A DNA stretch of 64,000 nt, from the NCBI RefSeq assembly GCF_044324875.1, contig NZ_CP172185.1. One strand, given 5' to 3'. Below, in pieces: positions 51,046-62,245 of the stretch. The stretch is from Escherichia coli (GTDB taxonomy: Bacteria > Pseudomonadota > Gammaproteobacteria > Enterobacterales > Enterobacteriaceae). Below the pieces are notes generated by a model. It was not told where the DNA came from, ran no database searches, and saw only the letters and a program-made list of their open reading frames with translations. The stretch's first letter is position 1. Each line of letters opens with the position of its first letter. The translations under genes were made by a program, and so were the position numbers.

Positions 51046-52134
51046 TTAACGGCGTCTATAGCCTTCCTCTAGCACCGCCTGTGTTCGAACGAGTTCATCT
51101 GCGAGTCGTTTCTCATCAGGTAGTTGCATCTTATATTCGCTTGCCAGAACGGTGTTAGGCAAACCTGCCAGAGCATAATGCGCTTCGCCGGCTCCTTTCT
51201 CTGCACAGAGAATCAGACCGATGGGCGGATTTTCATCCGGTAGCGTCCAGTGATCTTTGGCGTAGTTGAGATACATATTCATCTGTCCGGCATCGCTATA
51301 GCTGAATTTGCCCACTTTTAGATCGACGATTAGCAGGCAGCATAAACGGCGGTGGAAAAACAGCAGATCGACACGAAACCAGTTATCATCAATGCGTAAC
51401 CTTCGCTGCCGACCAACAAAGGCAAAATCATCCCCAAGTTCCAGCATGAAATCCATCAGGTGGTTGATCAGCGCCTCCTCGAAATCAGATTCTGAATATT
51501 CATCTTTCAATTCCAGAAATTCGAGCACAAAGGGATCGCGTATCGCCTGCTGCGGAAGAATATGCGTCTCGGTAGGAGCGTGTTGTTGCAGCATGGCTGA
51601 TTTGTCATGTGACAGTAGTGTTCGCTCATAAAATTGGGTCGCAATTTGCCGCTCTAGCTGGCGAACAGACCAGCCACAGCGGAGCGTCTCTTTTTCATAA
51701 AAGCTACGAGCGTCAGCGTTTTTAACAGAAAGCAAACGGACGTAAGTGGACCAGGGCCGGGGGAAAGATTTGGCAGACAGCGTCTGCCAAATCTTTCCCG
51801 ATGGGAATTCTGCAGACGGTGTCTGCGGAATTTCAACATGTTGAAAAAAGAGGTAAAAAAGTCTCATTTGGCGCAAGTTTTTTGCAGAGAACCCACGCTT
51901 ATACCTTAGACATAAATCCTTTGATAGTCGCTTGATTAGCTGCGCACCATACGCAGCCCTGGCCTCGCCACCTTGTTCAAATTCGACAATTCGTCGGCCA
52001 ATTTCCCAGTATGTCGCGGTCATCAGCGCGTTAACGCTACGTACCGTTTCCGTCCGGGCGCTATCGACCAGGTGAATAATACCGTCGTGGATTTGCTGGT
52101 AGCCTGTTGAGGTTCTCTCTGAGAGCGATTCCAT
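51046..52134 (-). CDS. yhcG: DUF1016-family putative PD-(D/E)xK nuclease YhcG
   Basis: ORF track 51046..52134 (362 aa) MESLSERTSTGYQQIHDGIIHLVDSARTETVRSVNALMTATYWEIGRRIVEFEQ...; ATG confirmed at 52134; convergent with yhcH. Confidence 0.85.
   Translation of the reverse strand: MESLSERTSTGYQQIHDGIIHLVDSARTETVRSVNALMTATYWEIGRRIVEFEQGGEARAAYGAQLIKRLSKDLCLRYKRGFSAKNLRQMRLFYLFFQHVEIPQTPSAEFPSGKIWQTLSAKSFPRPWSTYVRLLSVKNADARSFYEKETLRCGWSVRQLERQIATQFYERTLLSHDKSAMLQQHAPTETHILPQQAIRDPFVLEFLELKDEYSESDFEEALINHLMDFMLELGDDFAFVGRQRRLRIDDNWFRVDLLFFHRRLCCLLIVDLKVGKFSYSDAGQMNMYLNYAKDHWTLPDENPPIGLILCAEKGAGEAHYALAGLPNTVLASEYKMQLPDEKRLADELVRTQAVLEEGYRRR
51761..51834. repeat. Two adjacent palindromes inside the yhcG coding sequence
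   Basis: P1 51761-51799: gggaaagatttggcagac-agc-gtctgccaaatctttccc (perfect 18-bp arms). P2 51803-51834: gggaattctgcagac-ggt-gtctgcggaatttc (14-bp arms, 2 mismatches). Both share the CAGAC-N3-GTCTG core with the intergenic copy at 51005-51031. Confidence 0.8.
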
Positions 52135-52317
52135 TATCTGTCCCTTTATATGGCGCTGCGTTGAATAATGGAATCAGCTATACGCCGGGCATCTACCGGT
52201 AACAATCCAGATGTGCGTATTACATTGGTTTTCTTCAGATTATGCGAGGCGCTTTCCAGTACGAAAGGAGAATTTCAGCGCCGACTCTTTTCTGAGGAGG
52301 CGGCGCTGGGACAGAGT

Positions 52318-53748
<1,431 letters not shown>

Positions 53749-56700
53749 TTACTGCGCCTGCACGCGCAACTCTGCTGCGCTACGACTACGGTGACCCAGC
53801 AGTGCTTTTACATCACTGGACTTCGGTTTAACCAGCGCAAATTTAGTGGCGAAGGTTGACCAGTTCGCCAGAATCTCTTCACCACGCTGGGAACCGGTAT
53901 GCTGCACATGCTCGGTGATAAGTCCACGCAGATGCTCTTCATGGATCGCCAGATCGTCAACGCTTAAGACCTCGACCAGTTCCGGGTTAACGCGTTTGCG
54001 GAAATCGCCGCTTTCATCGAGAACGTAAGCGAAGCCGCCGGTCATGCCCGCGCCGAAGTTAACGCCGGTTTTACCGAGAATACAGACAATACCGCCTGTC
54101 ATATATTCACAGCCGTTGTCGCCAATGCCTTCTACCACGGTGATAGCACCGGAGTTACGCACGCCGAAACGTTCACCCGCGCGGCCTGCGGCATACAGAC
54201 GACCTCCGGTCGCGCCATACAGGCAGGTGTTGCCGATAATGCTTGCTTCATGGCTGCGGAAGGCTGAGCCAACCGGAGGACGAATGGCGATTAAGCCGCC
54301 CGCCATGCCTTTACCAACATAGTCGTTGGCATCACCGGTCAGGTACAGTTCCACGCCGCCCGCGTTCCACACGCCGAAGCTCTGGCCTGCGGTGCCGTTG
54401 AAGTACGCTTTGATCGGATCGGCTGCCAGACCCTGATCGCCGTGCGTCTGGGCGATATAGCCTGAAAGCGACGCGCCGACAGAACGGTCGGTGTTGCGAA
54501 TATCGAACCAGAAGGTTTTGCTCTGACGCTCATCGACAAACGGTTTTGCCTGTTGCAGCAACTGCGCGTTCAGCAGACCGTTATCAAACGGCGGGTTGTT
54601 TTCGGTGCAGTAAAGTGCCTTACCAGCATGCGGCTCGGCAGTCTCCAGCAGCTTCGACAGTGCCAGTTTCTGCTGTTTGGCGGTGAAACCGTCCAGCTCT
54701 TTCAGCAGGTCGGTGCGACCAATCAGATCCACCAGACGCGTTACCCCCAGTTGTGCCATCAGCTCGCGGGTTTCTCGGGCGATAAACTCAAAGTAATTAG
54801 TCACCTTGAACGGCAGGCCGTGATAGTGATTCTTACGCAGTTTGTCATCCTGAGTTGCAACACCCGTAGCGCAGTTGTTCAGATGGCAAATACGCAGATA
54901 TTTACAACCGAGCGCCACCATCGGGCCAGTGCCGAAGCCGAAGCTTTCTGCGCCGAGAATCGCCGCTTTGATGATATCGACACCCGTTTTCAGGCCGCCA
55001 TCAACCTGCAAACGAATTTTATGACGTAAACCGTTGGCAACCAGCGCCTGTTGGGTTTCCACCAGGCCGAGTTCCCACGGACAGCCTGCGTATTTCACCG
55101 ATGAAAGCGGACTTGCGCCGGTGCCGCCGTCATAGCCTGCGATGGTGATCAAGTCCGCATAAGCTTTCGCCACGCCAGTCGCGATGGTGCCGACGCCCGG
55201 TTCGGACACCAGCTTCACGGAGATCATCGCTTTCGGGTTAACCTGCTTGAGGTCGAAAATGAGCTGCGCTAAGTCCTCGATAGAATAGATATCGTGGTGC
55301 GGCGGCGGGGAGATCAGCGTCACGCCCGGCACCGAATAGCGCAGTTTGGCAATGTAAGGAGTGACTTTATCACCCGGCAACTGACCTCCTTCGCCCGGCT
55401 TCGCGCCCTGGGCGACTTTAATCTGAATCACGTCAGCATTGACCAGGTACGCCGGAGTAACGCCGAAGCGACCAGAAGCCACCTGCTTGATGCGCGACAC
55501 TTTGTTAGTGCCGTAGCGCGCCGGATCTTCACCACCTTCACCGGAGTTCGAGTTACCGCCGATGCTATTCATCGCTTCCGCCAGCGCCTCGTGGGCTTCC
55601 GGGCTTAACGCGCCGATAGACATCGCAGCGGTATCGAAGCGTTTAAACAGTTCGCTTGCCGGTTCAACATCGGCAATGTTGACTGCGTTTTCACCCGGCG
55701 TAATTGCCAGCAGATCGCGCAGCGTGGTTGCCGGACGCTCATTAACCAGCTTCGCGTATTCCTGATAGTCGCTGTACTCGCCGCTTTGTACCGCCTGTTG
55801 CAGCGTGCGCACCACGTCCGGGTTGTAGGCGTGGTATTCGCCGCCGTGGACGTATTTCAGCAGGCCGCCCTGGCTGATGGGCTTACGCGCCAGCCAGGCA
55901 CGTTTCGACAGGTTCAGCAGATCCTGCTGGAAGTCTTCAAAGCTTGCCCCACCAATGCGGCTGACCGCTCCCTGGAAGCACAGGCCCACTACATCATCGT
56001 GTAGACCGACCGCTTCAAACAGTTTCGAGCAGCGGTAAGAGGCGATGGTGGAGATGCCCATTTTGGACATGATTTTGTACAAGCCTTTGTTGATGCCGTT
56101 ACGGTAGTTCAGCATCACTGTACGATAATCTTTGGCAATCGCATGGGTGTCTACCAGGCGGCCCAGCGTTTCATAGGCAAGGTATGGATAAATAGCCGTC
56201 GCACCGAAGCCCAGCAACACGGCGAAATGGTGCGGATCGCGGGCGCTGGCGGTTTCGACGATGATGTTGGCATCGCAACGCAGGCTTTGATCGACCAGAC
56301 GGGTCTGGATCGCGCCAACCGCCATCGGGGCTGGAACCGGCAGGCGATCTTTAGCGATATTCCGGTCGGAGAGCACCAGCAGCACGGTGCCGCTACGTAC
56401 CATTTTTTCGGCTTTGTCACACAGCTCTTTGACCGTCGCTTCGAGCGTTGTTTTAGTGACGTCAAAGGTGATATCCAGCGTATCTGCGCGGTAGTGCTCC
56501 TCTTTCATCGTCGTGAGCTGTTTGAAATCGGAGTAGAGCAGAATCGGCGATTTAAAGCTTAAACGGTGCGCCTGGCCTTCTGCTTCACAGAAGACGTTCA
56601 TTTCACGACCGATACTGGTGGCGAGCGACATAACATGCGCTTCACGCAGCGGGTCGATTGGCGGGTTAGTCACCTGGGCAAATTGCTGGCGGAAGTAGTC

Positions 56701-58302
56701 GTAAATGATGCGTGGCTGACTGGAGAGCACGGCGAATGGGGTGTCGTCGCCCATCGAACCGACCGCTTCCTGACCGTTTTCGCCCAGCACGCGAATTACG
56801 GAGTCCAGCTCTTCCGCGCTGTAGTTAAACTGTTTCTGGTAGCTGGCAAGTGTGTCGTCGTCCAGTTCGCGGCTACCTACTTCTTCATCGGGCAGATCTT
56901 CAAACGGTACCAGTCGGCGGACGTTTTTCTCCATCCACTCTTTATATGGATGGCGGCTTTTCAGATCGTCATCGGTTTCTGCCGAGTGCAGAATACGCCC
57001 ACTGCGGGTGTCGATAACCATCAGTTCGCCTGGCCCGACGCGGCCTTTTTCGACCACTTCGTCAGGCTGGTAATCCCAGATACCGACTTCAGAGGCGCAG
57101 GTGATGAGCTTATCTTTGGTAATGACGTAGCGTGCCGGACGCAGACCGTTACGGTCGAGGTTACAGGCGGCAAAACGACCATCGGACATCACGATGCCCG
57201 CCGGGCCATCCCACGGCTCCATATGCATGGAGTTAAAGTCAAAGAAGGCACGCAGTTCCGGGTCCATATCCGGGTTGTTCTGCCAGGCGGGTGGCACTAA
57301 CAGGCGCATGGCACGGATGATATCCATCCCGCCTGCCAGCAGCAGTTCCAGCATGTTATCCATGGAACTGGAGTCAGAACCGGTTTCGTTGACGAACGGC
57401 GCGGCGTCGTGCAGGTCAGGGATCAGCGGCGTCTGGAATTTATAGGTACGTGCACGCGCCCATTGGCGGTTACCGGTGATGGTGTTGATTTCACCGTTAT
57501 GCGCCAGATAGCGGAACGGCTGCGCCAGCGGCCAGCGCGGTACGGTGTTAGTGGAGAAGCGCTGGTGGAACAGGCAGATGGCCGATTCCAGACGCAGGTC
57601 CGCGAGGTCCAGGTAGAAGCGCGGCAGATCCGCCGGCATACACAGACCTTTATAGATGTTCACCAGATTCGACAGGCTACAGACGTAGAAGTCTTTGTCG
57701 GCTTCGAGACGCTTTTCAATGCGGCGGCGGGCGATAAACAGACGGCGCTCCATATCGCGCGGACGCCAGCCTGCCGGGGCGTTCACAAAAATTTGCTCAA
57801 TGCGTGGCAGAGAGGAGAGGGCGATTTCACCCAGCACGCCTTCGTTAGTGGGGACATCACGCCAGCCCACAATCGACAACGTTTCGCGTTGCAGCTCTTC
57901 TTCAACGATGCGGCGTGCGGCAGCGGCGAGTTCAGGATCTTTATTCAGGAAGAGCATCCCGACGGCGTAGTTTTTTGCTAAACGCCAGCCGCGCTCCTGC
58001 GCAACGATGCGAAAAAAGCGATCCGGTTTTTGTAACAGCAAGCCGCAACCGTCACCGGTTTTACCATCGGCGAGAATCGCGCCACGGTGCTGCATGCGGG
58101 CCAGTGCGTGTATTGCAGTACGCACTACCTTGTGGCTAGGTTCGCCTTCTATGTGGGCGATCAGGCCGAAACCACAGTTATCCCTCTCAAGGGATTTATC
58201 GTACAACATATCGTGAACCTCCCCCAGGCTCTGCGGGAACCCCACTTCCGAACCGCTGCGCACGGGCACAGAAAGAGCGTGGCGACGGGGTTTGCGTGTC
58301 AT
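53749..58302 (-). CDS. gltB: Glutamate synthase (NADPH) large subunit
   Basis: ORF track 53749..58317; start set at MTRKPRRHALSVPVRSGSEVGFPQSLGEVHDMLYDKSLERDNCGFGLIAH (1517 aa; Ntn Cys after propeptide). Confidence 0.96.
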   Translation of the reverse strand: MTRKPRRHALSVPVRSGSEVGFPQSLGEVHDMLYDKSLERDNCGFGLIAHIEGEPSHKVVRTAIHALARMQHRGAILADGKTGDGCGLLLQKPDRFFRIVAQERGWRLAKNYAVGMLFLNKDPELAAAARRIVEEELQRETLSIVGWRDVPTNEGVLGEIALSSLPRIEQIFVNAPAGWRPRDMERRLFIARRRIEKRLEADKDFYVCSLSNLVNIYKGLCMPADLPRFYLDLADLRLESAICLFHQRFSTNTVPRWPLAQPFRYLAHNGEINTITGNRQWARARTYKFQTPLIPDLHDAAPFVNETGSDSSSMDNMLELLLAGGMDIIRAMRLLVPPAWQNNPDMDPELRAFFDFNSMHMEPWDGPAGIVMSDGRFAACNLDRNGLRPARYVITKDKLITCASEVGIWDYQPDEVVEKGRVGPGELMVIDTRSGRILHSAETDDDLKSRHPYKEWMEKNVRRLVPFEDLPDEEVGSRELDDDTLASYQKQFNYSAEELDSVIRVLGENGQEAVGSMGDDTPFAVLSSQPRIIYDYFRQQFAQVTNPPIDPLREAHVMSLATSIGREMNVFCEAEGQAHRLSFKSPILLYSDFKQLTTMKEEHYRADTLDITFDVTKTTLEATVKELCDKAEKMVRSGTVLLVLSDRNIAKDRLPVPAPMAVGAIQTRLVDQSLRCDANIIVETASARDPHHFAVLLGFGATAIYPYLAYETLGRLVDTHAIAKDYRTVMLNYRNGINKGLYKIMSKMGISTIASYRCSKLFEAVGLHDDVVGLCFQGAVSRIGGASFEDFQQDLLNLSKRAWLARKPISQGGLLKYVHGGEYHAYNPDVVRTLQQAVQSGEYSDYQEYAKLVNERPATTLRDLLAITPGENAVNIADVEPASELFKRFDTAAMSIGALSPEAHEALAEAMNSIGGNSNSGEGGEDPARYGTNKVSRIKQVASGRFGVTPAYLVNADVIQIKVAQGAKPGEGGQLPGDKVTPYIAKLRYSVPGVTLISPPPHHDIYSIEDLAQLIFDLKQVNPKAMISVKLVSEPGVGTIATGVAKAYADLITIAGYDGGTGASPLSSVKYAGCPWELGLVETQQALVANGLRHKIRLQVDGGLKTGVDIIKAAILGAESFGFGTGPMVALGCKYLRICHLNNCATGVATQDDKLRKNHYHGLPFKVTNYFEFIARETRELMAQLGVTRLVDLIGRTDLLKELDGFTAKQQKLALSKLLETAEPHAGKALYCTENNPPFDNGLLNAQLLQQAKPFVDERQSKTFWFDIRNTDRSVGASLSGYIAQTHGDQGLAADPIKAYFNGTAGQSFGVWNAGGVELYLTGDANDYVGKGMAGGLIAIRPPVGSAFRSHEASIIGNTCLYGATGGRLYAAGRAGERFGVRNSGAITVVEGIGDNGCEYMTGGIVCILGKTGVNFGAGMTGGFAYVLDESGDFRKRVNPELVEVLSVDDLAIHEEHLRGLITEHVQHTGSQRGEEILANWSTFATKFALVKPKSSDVKALLGHRSRSAAELRVQAQ

Positions 58303-58883
58303 ACGCGCGCCTCGCATTCGCCCCCTTGTTGTCCTTTTCGCATCGGTTAATACGGTGAAGAGGGGATCTCAATTACTGCATAAATATGATGAGCAGGCTG
58401 CTCATCCAGAAAGCTTCCAGCGGATTTCCAACTTATCGGGAAAGCTGATACAGGTCAAATGGCAAGCTTATTGGTACAGAAATGTGCTTTAGCGCAAAAT
58501 TCTTTATTAATTGGCTGAAATTAAAATAGATTTTCTATTTAAGGCTAAAAGGGAAGTCGTTAGAGAAACATCCAATTCCTGACTGTCATAAAGGCGTGTT
58601 AACCCTTATCCTGCCTTGAACTGACGAGAAAACCAGCATTTTATACTGCCTTAATTGGTAATGACGTTTCATGCTACTGTTTTTGCCTAAAATCCATAAG
58701 GAGATAAAAAAATCTGACACAAGATAAGCAAAAATGATTTATGTGATCATGCATGAAATTTCGGTAATTTTGATTGATTATGCAGTTGATAAAAGCGGGC
58801 CGGGACGATTGATCCAGGTCATCGCCGAATTGAGCTAAAAATGGCAGGCTTTGGCCTCTTTTCAAGGCGCGGTCTATCAGATT

Positions 58884-59813
58884 ATGCAGTTACAGAAATT
58901 AGTCAATATGTTTGGTGGTGATCTCACCCGTCGTTATGGGCAAAAGGTGCATAAGCTGACGCTGCACGGCGGTTTTAGCTGCCCTAACCGTGACGGTACC
59001 ATCGGGCGTGGTGGCTGCACATTCTGTAATGTTGCCTCGTTTGCCGATGAAGCGCAGCAACATCGTTCCATTGCCGAACAACTGGCGCACCAGGCGAATT
59101 TAGTTAACCGCGCTAAACGCTATCTGGCCTACTTTCAGGCGTATACCAGCACCTTTGCGGAAGTTCAGGTGCTGCGTTCTATGTATCAGCAGGCGGTGAG
59201 CCAGGCCAATATTGTCGGTTTGTGTGTTGGTACCCGCCCGGACTGCGTGCCGGATGCAGTGCTGGATCTGCTTTGTGAATATAAAGACCAGGGCTACGAA
59301 GTGTGGCTGGAGCTGGGGCTACAAACCGCCCACGACAAAACGCTACATCGCATCAACCGCGGCCATGATTTTGCCTGTTATCAGCGTACAACCCAGCTGG
59401 CACGTCAGCGCGGGCTGAAGGTGTGTTCCCACTTAATTGTCGGCCTGCCTGGCGAAGGGCAGGCTGAATGTTTGCAAACGCTGGAGCGAGTGGTTGAAAC
59501 CGGCGTGGACGGCATAAAGCTGCATCCGCTGCATATTGTGAAAGGCAGCATTATGGCGAAAGCCTGGGAAGCGGGGCGTTTGAACGGTATTGAACTGGAG
59601 GATTACACGCTCACTGCCGGAGAAATGATTCGCCATACGCCACCGGAAGTGATCTACCACCGCATTTCCGCCAGCGCCCGTCGCCCGACGTTGCTTGCTC
59701 CGCTGTGGTGCGAAAATCGATGGACGGGAATGGTCGAGCTGGATCGTTATCTGAATGAACATGGCGTACAGGGATCGGCGCTGGGACGTCCGTGGCTACC
59801 TCCAACGGCGTAG
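58884..59813 (+). CDS. yhcC: Radical SAM family protein YhcC
   Basis: ORF track 58851..59813; start set at MQLQKLVNMFGGDLTRRYGQKVHKLTLHGGFSCPNRDGTIGRGGCTFCN (309 aa; Cys-rich radical-SAM-like motif). Confidence 0.88.
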   Translation: MQLQKLVNMFGGDLTRRYGQKVHKLTLHGGFSCPNRDGTIGRGGCTFCNVASFADEAQQHRSIAEQLAHQANLVNRAKRYLAYFQAYTSTFAEVQVLRSMYQQAVSQANIVGLCVGTRPDCVPDAVLDLLCEYKDQGYEVWLELGLQTAHDKTLHRINRGHDFACYQRTTQLARQRGLKVCSHLIVGLPGEGQAECLQTLERVVETGVDGIKLHPLHIVKGSIMAKAWEAGRLNGIELEDYTLTAGEMIRHTPPEVIYHRISASARRPTLLAPLWCENRWTGMVELDRYLNEHGVQGSALGRPWLPPTA

Positions 59814-59908
59814 GCCATTGAGGGGAATTCCGCATTTCTCACACAATTTATAACGTAACTGTCAGAATTGGGTATTATTGGGGCAGGTTGTCGTGAAGGA
59901 ATTCCCTA

Positions 59909-62245
59909 ATGAAGCAAATTCGTCTGCTGGCGCAGTATTATGTTGACCTGATGATGAAGTTAGGTCTGGTGCGCTTCTCAATGTTGCTGGCGCTGGCCCT
60001 CGTCGTTCTTGCCATTGTGGTACAAATGGCGGTAACCATGGTGCTGCATGGTCAGGTCGAAAGCATTGATGTTATTCGTTCTATCTTCTTTGGTTTGCTG
60101 ATTACGCCGTGGGCGGTCTACTTTCTATCGGTGGTCGTCGAGCAACTGGAGGAGTCACGGCAACGTCTGTCACGGCTGGTGCAAAAACTGGAGGAGATGC
60201 GCGAGCGCGATTTGAGCCTCAACGTTCAGTTAAAAGATAATATTGCCCAGCTAAATCAGGAAATCGCCGTTCGTGAAAAAGCGGAAGCAGAACTGCAGGA
60301 AACCTTCGGCCAACTGAAAATTGAAATCAAAGAGCGCGAAGAGACACAAATTCAGCTCGAGCAGCAATCCTCATTCTTACGTTCCTTCCTTGATGCTTCA
60401 CCCGACCTGGTTTTTTATCGTAACGAAGATAAAGAGTTTTCTGGCTGTAACCGCGCGATGGAGCTGCTGACCGGAAAAAGCGAAAAACAACTGGTTCACC
60501 TGAAACCTGCTGATGTTTACTCACCGGAAGCCGCTGCGAAAGTCATTGAAACTGATGAAAAAGTGTTCCGTCATAATGTGTCACTGACCTATGAGCAGTG
60601 GCTGGATTATCCCGACGGACGCAAAGCCTGCTTTGAAATTCGTAAAGTGCCGTACTACGACCGCGTGGGTAAACGTCACGGTTTGATGGGCTTTGGTCGC
60701 GACATTACCGAGCGTAAGCGGTATCAGGATGCGCTTGAACGGGCCAGCCGCGACAAAACGACGTTTATCTCCACCATCAGTCACGAATTGCGTACACCGC
60801 TGAATGGTATCGTCGGCCTGAGCCGCATTCTGCTGGATACCGAACTCACCGCCGAGCAGGAAAAATATCTCAAAACCATCCATGTTTCGGCCGTCACGCT
60901 CGGGAATATCTTCAACGATATTATCGACATGGATAAGATGGAACGGCGTAAGGTCCAGCTTGATAATCAGCCGGTTGATTTCACCAGCTTCCTTGCCGAT
61001 CTGGAAAATCTCTCCGCATTGCAGGCGCAACAAAAAGGATTGCGCTTTAATCTGGAGCCTACGCTGCCATTACCGCATCAGGTCATTACCGACGGGACGC
61101 GTTTGCGGCAGATCCTGTGGAATCTCATCAGTAACGCCGTCAAATTCACCCAGCAAGGCCAGGTTACCGTGCGCGTGCGCTACGATGAAGGCGATATGCT
61201 GCATTTTGAAGTGGAAGACTCTGGTATCGGCATTCCGCAGGATGAGCTGGATAAAATCTTTGCCATGTATTACCAGGTGAAAGACAGTCATGGCGGTAAA
61301 CCTGCCACCGGCACCGGTATTGGTCTGGCCGTTTCTCGTCGTCTGGCGAAAAATATGGGCGGCGATATTACGGTTACCAGCGAACAGGGCAAAGGTTCTA
61401 CCTTTACGTTGACGATCCACGCACCGTCGGTGGCTGAAGAGGTCGATGATGCGTTTGATGAAGACGATATGCCTTTACCGGCGCTGAATGTGCTGCTGGT
61501 GGAAGACATTGAACTGAACGTGATTGTCGCGCGTTCTGTGCTGGAAAAATTAGGTAACAGCGTTGATGTCGCCATGACCGGCAAGGCGGCGCTGGAGATG
61601 TTTAAACCGGGCGAATACGACCTGGTATTGCTGGATATTCAGTTGCCAGATATGACCGGGCTGGATATCTCTCGTGAACTGACGAAGCGTTATCCGCGCG
61701 AGGATTTACCGCCGCTGGTGGCCTTAACCGCTAACGTGCTGAAAGACAAGCAAGAGTACCTCAATGCTGGAATGGATGATGTGCTGAGTAAGCCGCTTTC
61801 TGTTCCGGCGCTAACCGCGATGATCAAGAAATTCTGGGATACCCAGGATGATGAGGAAAGTACGGTGACGACAGAAGAGAACAGTAAATCAGAAGCATTG
61901 CTCGATATTCCCATGCTGGAACAGTATCTCGAACTTGTAGGACCGAAGCTGATCACCGACGGGTTAGCGGTGTTTGAGAAGATGATGCCGGGCTATGTCA
62001 GCGTGCTGGAGTCGAATCTGACGGCGCAGGATAAAAAAGGCATTGTTGAGGAAGGACATAAAATTAAAGGTGCGGCGGGGTCAGTGGGGTTACGCCATCT
62101 GCAACAGCTGGGTCAGCAAATTCAGTCTCCTGACCTTCCCGCCTGGGAAGATAACGTCGGTGAATGGATTGAAGAGATGAAAGAAGAGTGGCGTCACGAC
62201 GTAGAAGTACTGAAAGCGTGGGTGGCAAAAGCCACTAAAAAATGA
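59909..62245 (+). CDS. arcB: Aerobic respiration control sensor kinase ArcB
   Basis: ORF track 59909..62245 (778 aa); two N-terminal TM segments, PAS, HisKA (STISHELRTPLNGI), receiver and HPt domains. Confidence 0.97.
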   Translation: MKQIRLLAQYYVDLMMKLGLVRFSMLLALALVVLAIVVQMAVTMVLHGQVESIDVIRSIFFGLLITPWAVYFLSVVVEQLEESRQRLSRLVQKLEEMRERDLSLNVQLKDNIAQLNQEIAVREKAEAELQETFGQLKIEIKEREETQIQLEQQSSFLRSFLDASPDLVFYRNEDKEFSGCNRAMELLTGKSEKQLVHLKPADVYSPEAAAKVIETDEKVFRHNVSLTYEQWLDYPDGRKACFEIRKVPYYDRVGKRHGLMGFGRDITERKRYQDALERASRDKTTFISTISHELRTPLNGIVGLSRILLDTELTAEQEKYLKTIHVSAVTLGNIFNDIIDMDKMERRKVQLDNQPVDFTSFLADLENLSALQAQQKGLRFNLEPTLPLPHQVITDGTRLRQILWNLISNAVKFTQQGQVTVRVRYDEGDMLHFEVEDSGIGIPQDELDKIFAMYYQVKDSHGGKPATGTGIGLAVSRRLAKNMGGDITVTSEQGKGSTFTLTIHAPSVAEEVDDAFDEDDMPLPALNVLLVEDIELNVIVARSVLEKLGNSVDVAMTGKAALEMFKPGEYDLVLLDIQLPDMTGLDISRELTKRYPREDLPPLVALTANVLKDKQEYLNAGMDDVLSKPLSVPALTAMIKKFWDTQDDEESTVTTEENSKSEALLDIPMLEQYLELVGPKLITDGLAVFEKMMPGYVSVLESNLTAQDKKGIVEEGHKIKGAAGSVGLRHLQQLGQQIQSPDLPAWEDNVGEWIEEMKEEWRHDVEVLKAWVAKATKK

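Noticed and set aside
52276-52308. Hairpin cagcgccg...cggcgctg downstream of gltD as an intrinsic terminator
   Set aside because: 17-nt loop and no T-run on the gltD strand; not convincing as a terminator, so not listed as a feature.
56566-57300. 244-aa plus-strand ORF (and 57409..57981, 54553..55029) antisense to gltB
   Set aside because: Within the gltB coding sequence on the opposite strand.
58318-58883. Small ORFs (e.g. 58674..58865 minus, 63 aa) in the gltB-yhcC divergent region
   Set aside because: AT-rich regulatory region for gltBD; no RBS or conservation signal; treated as non-coding.
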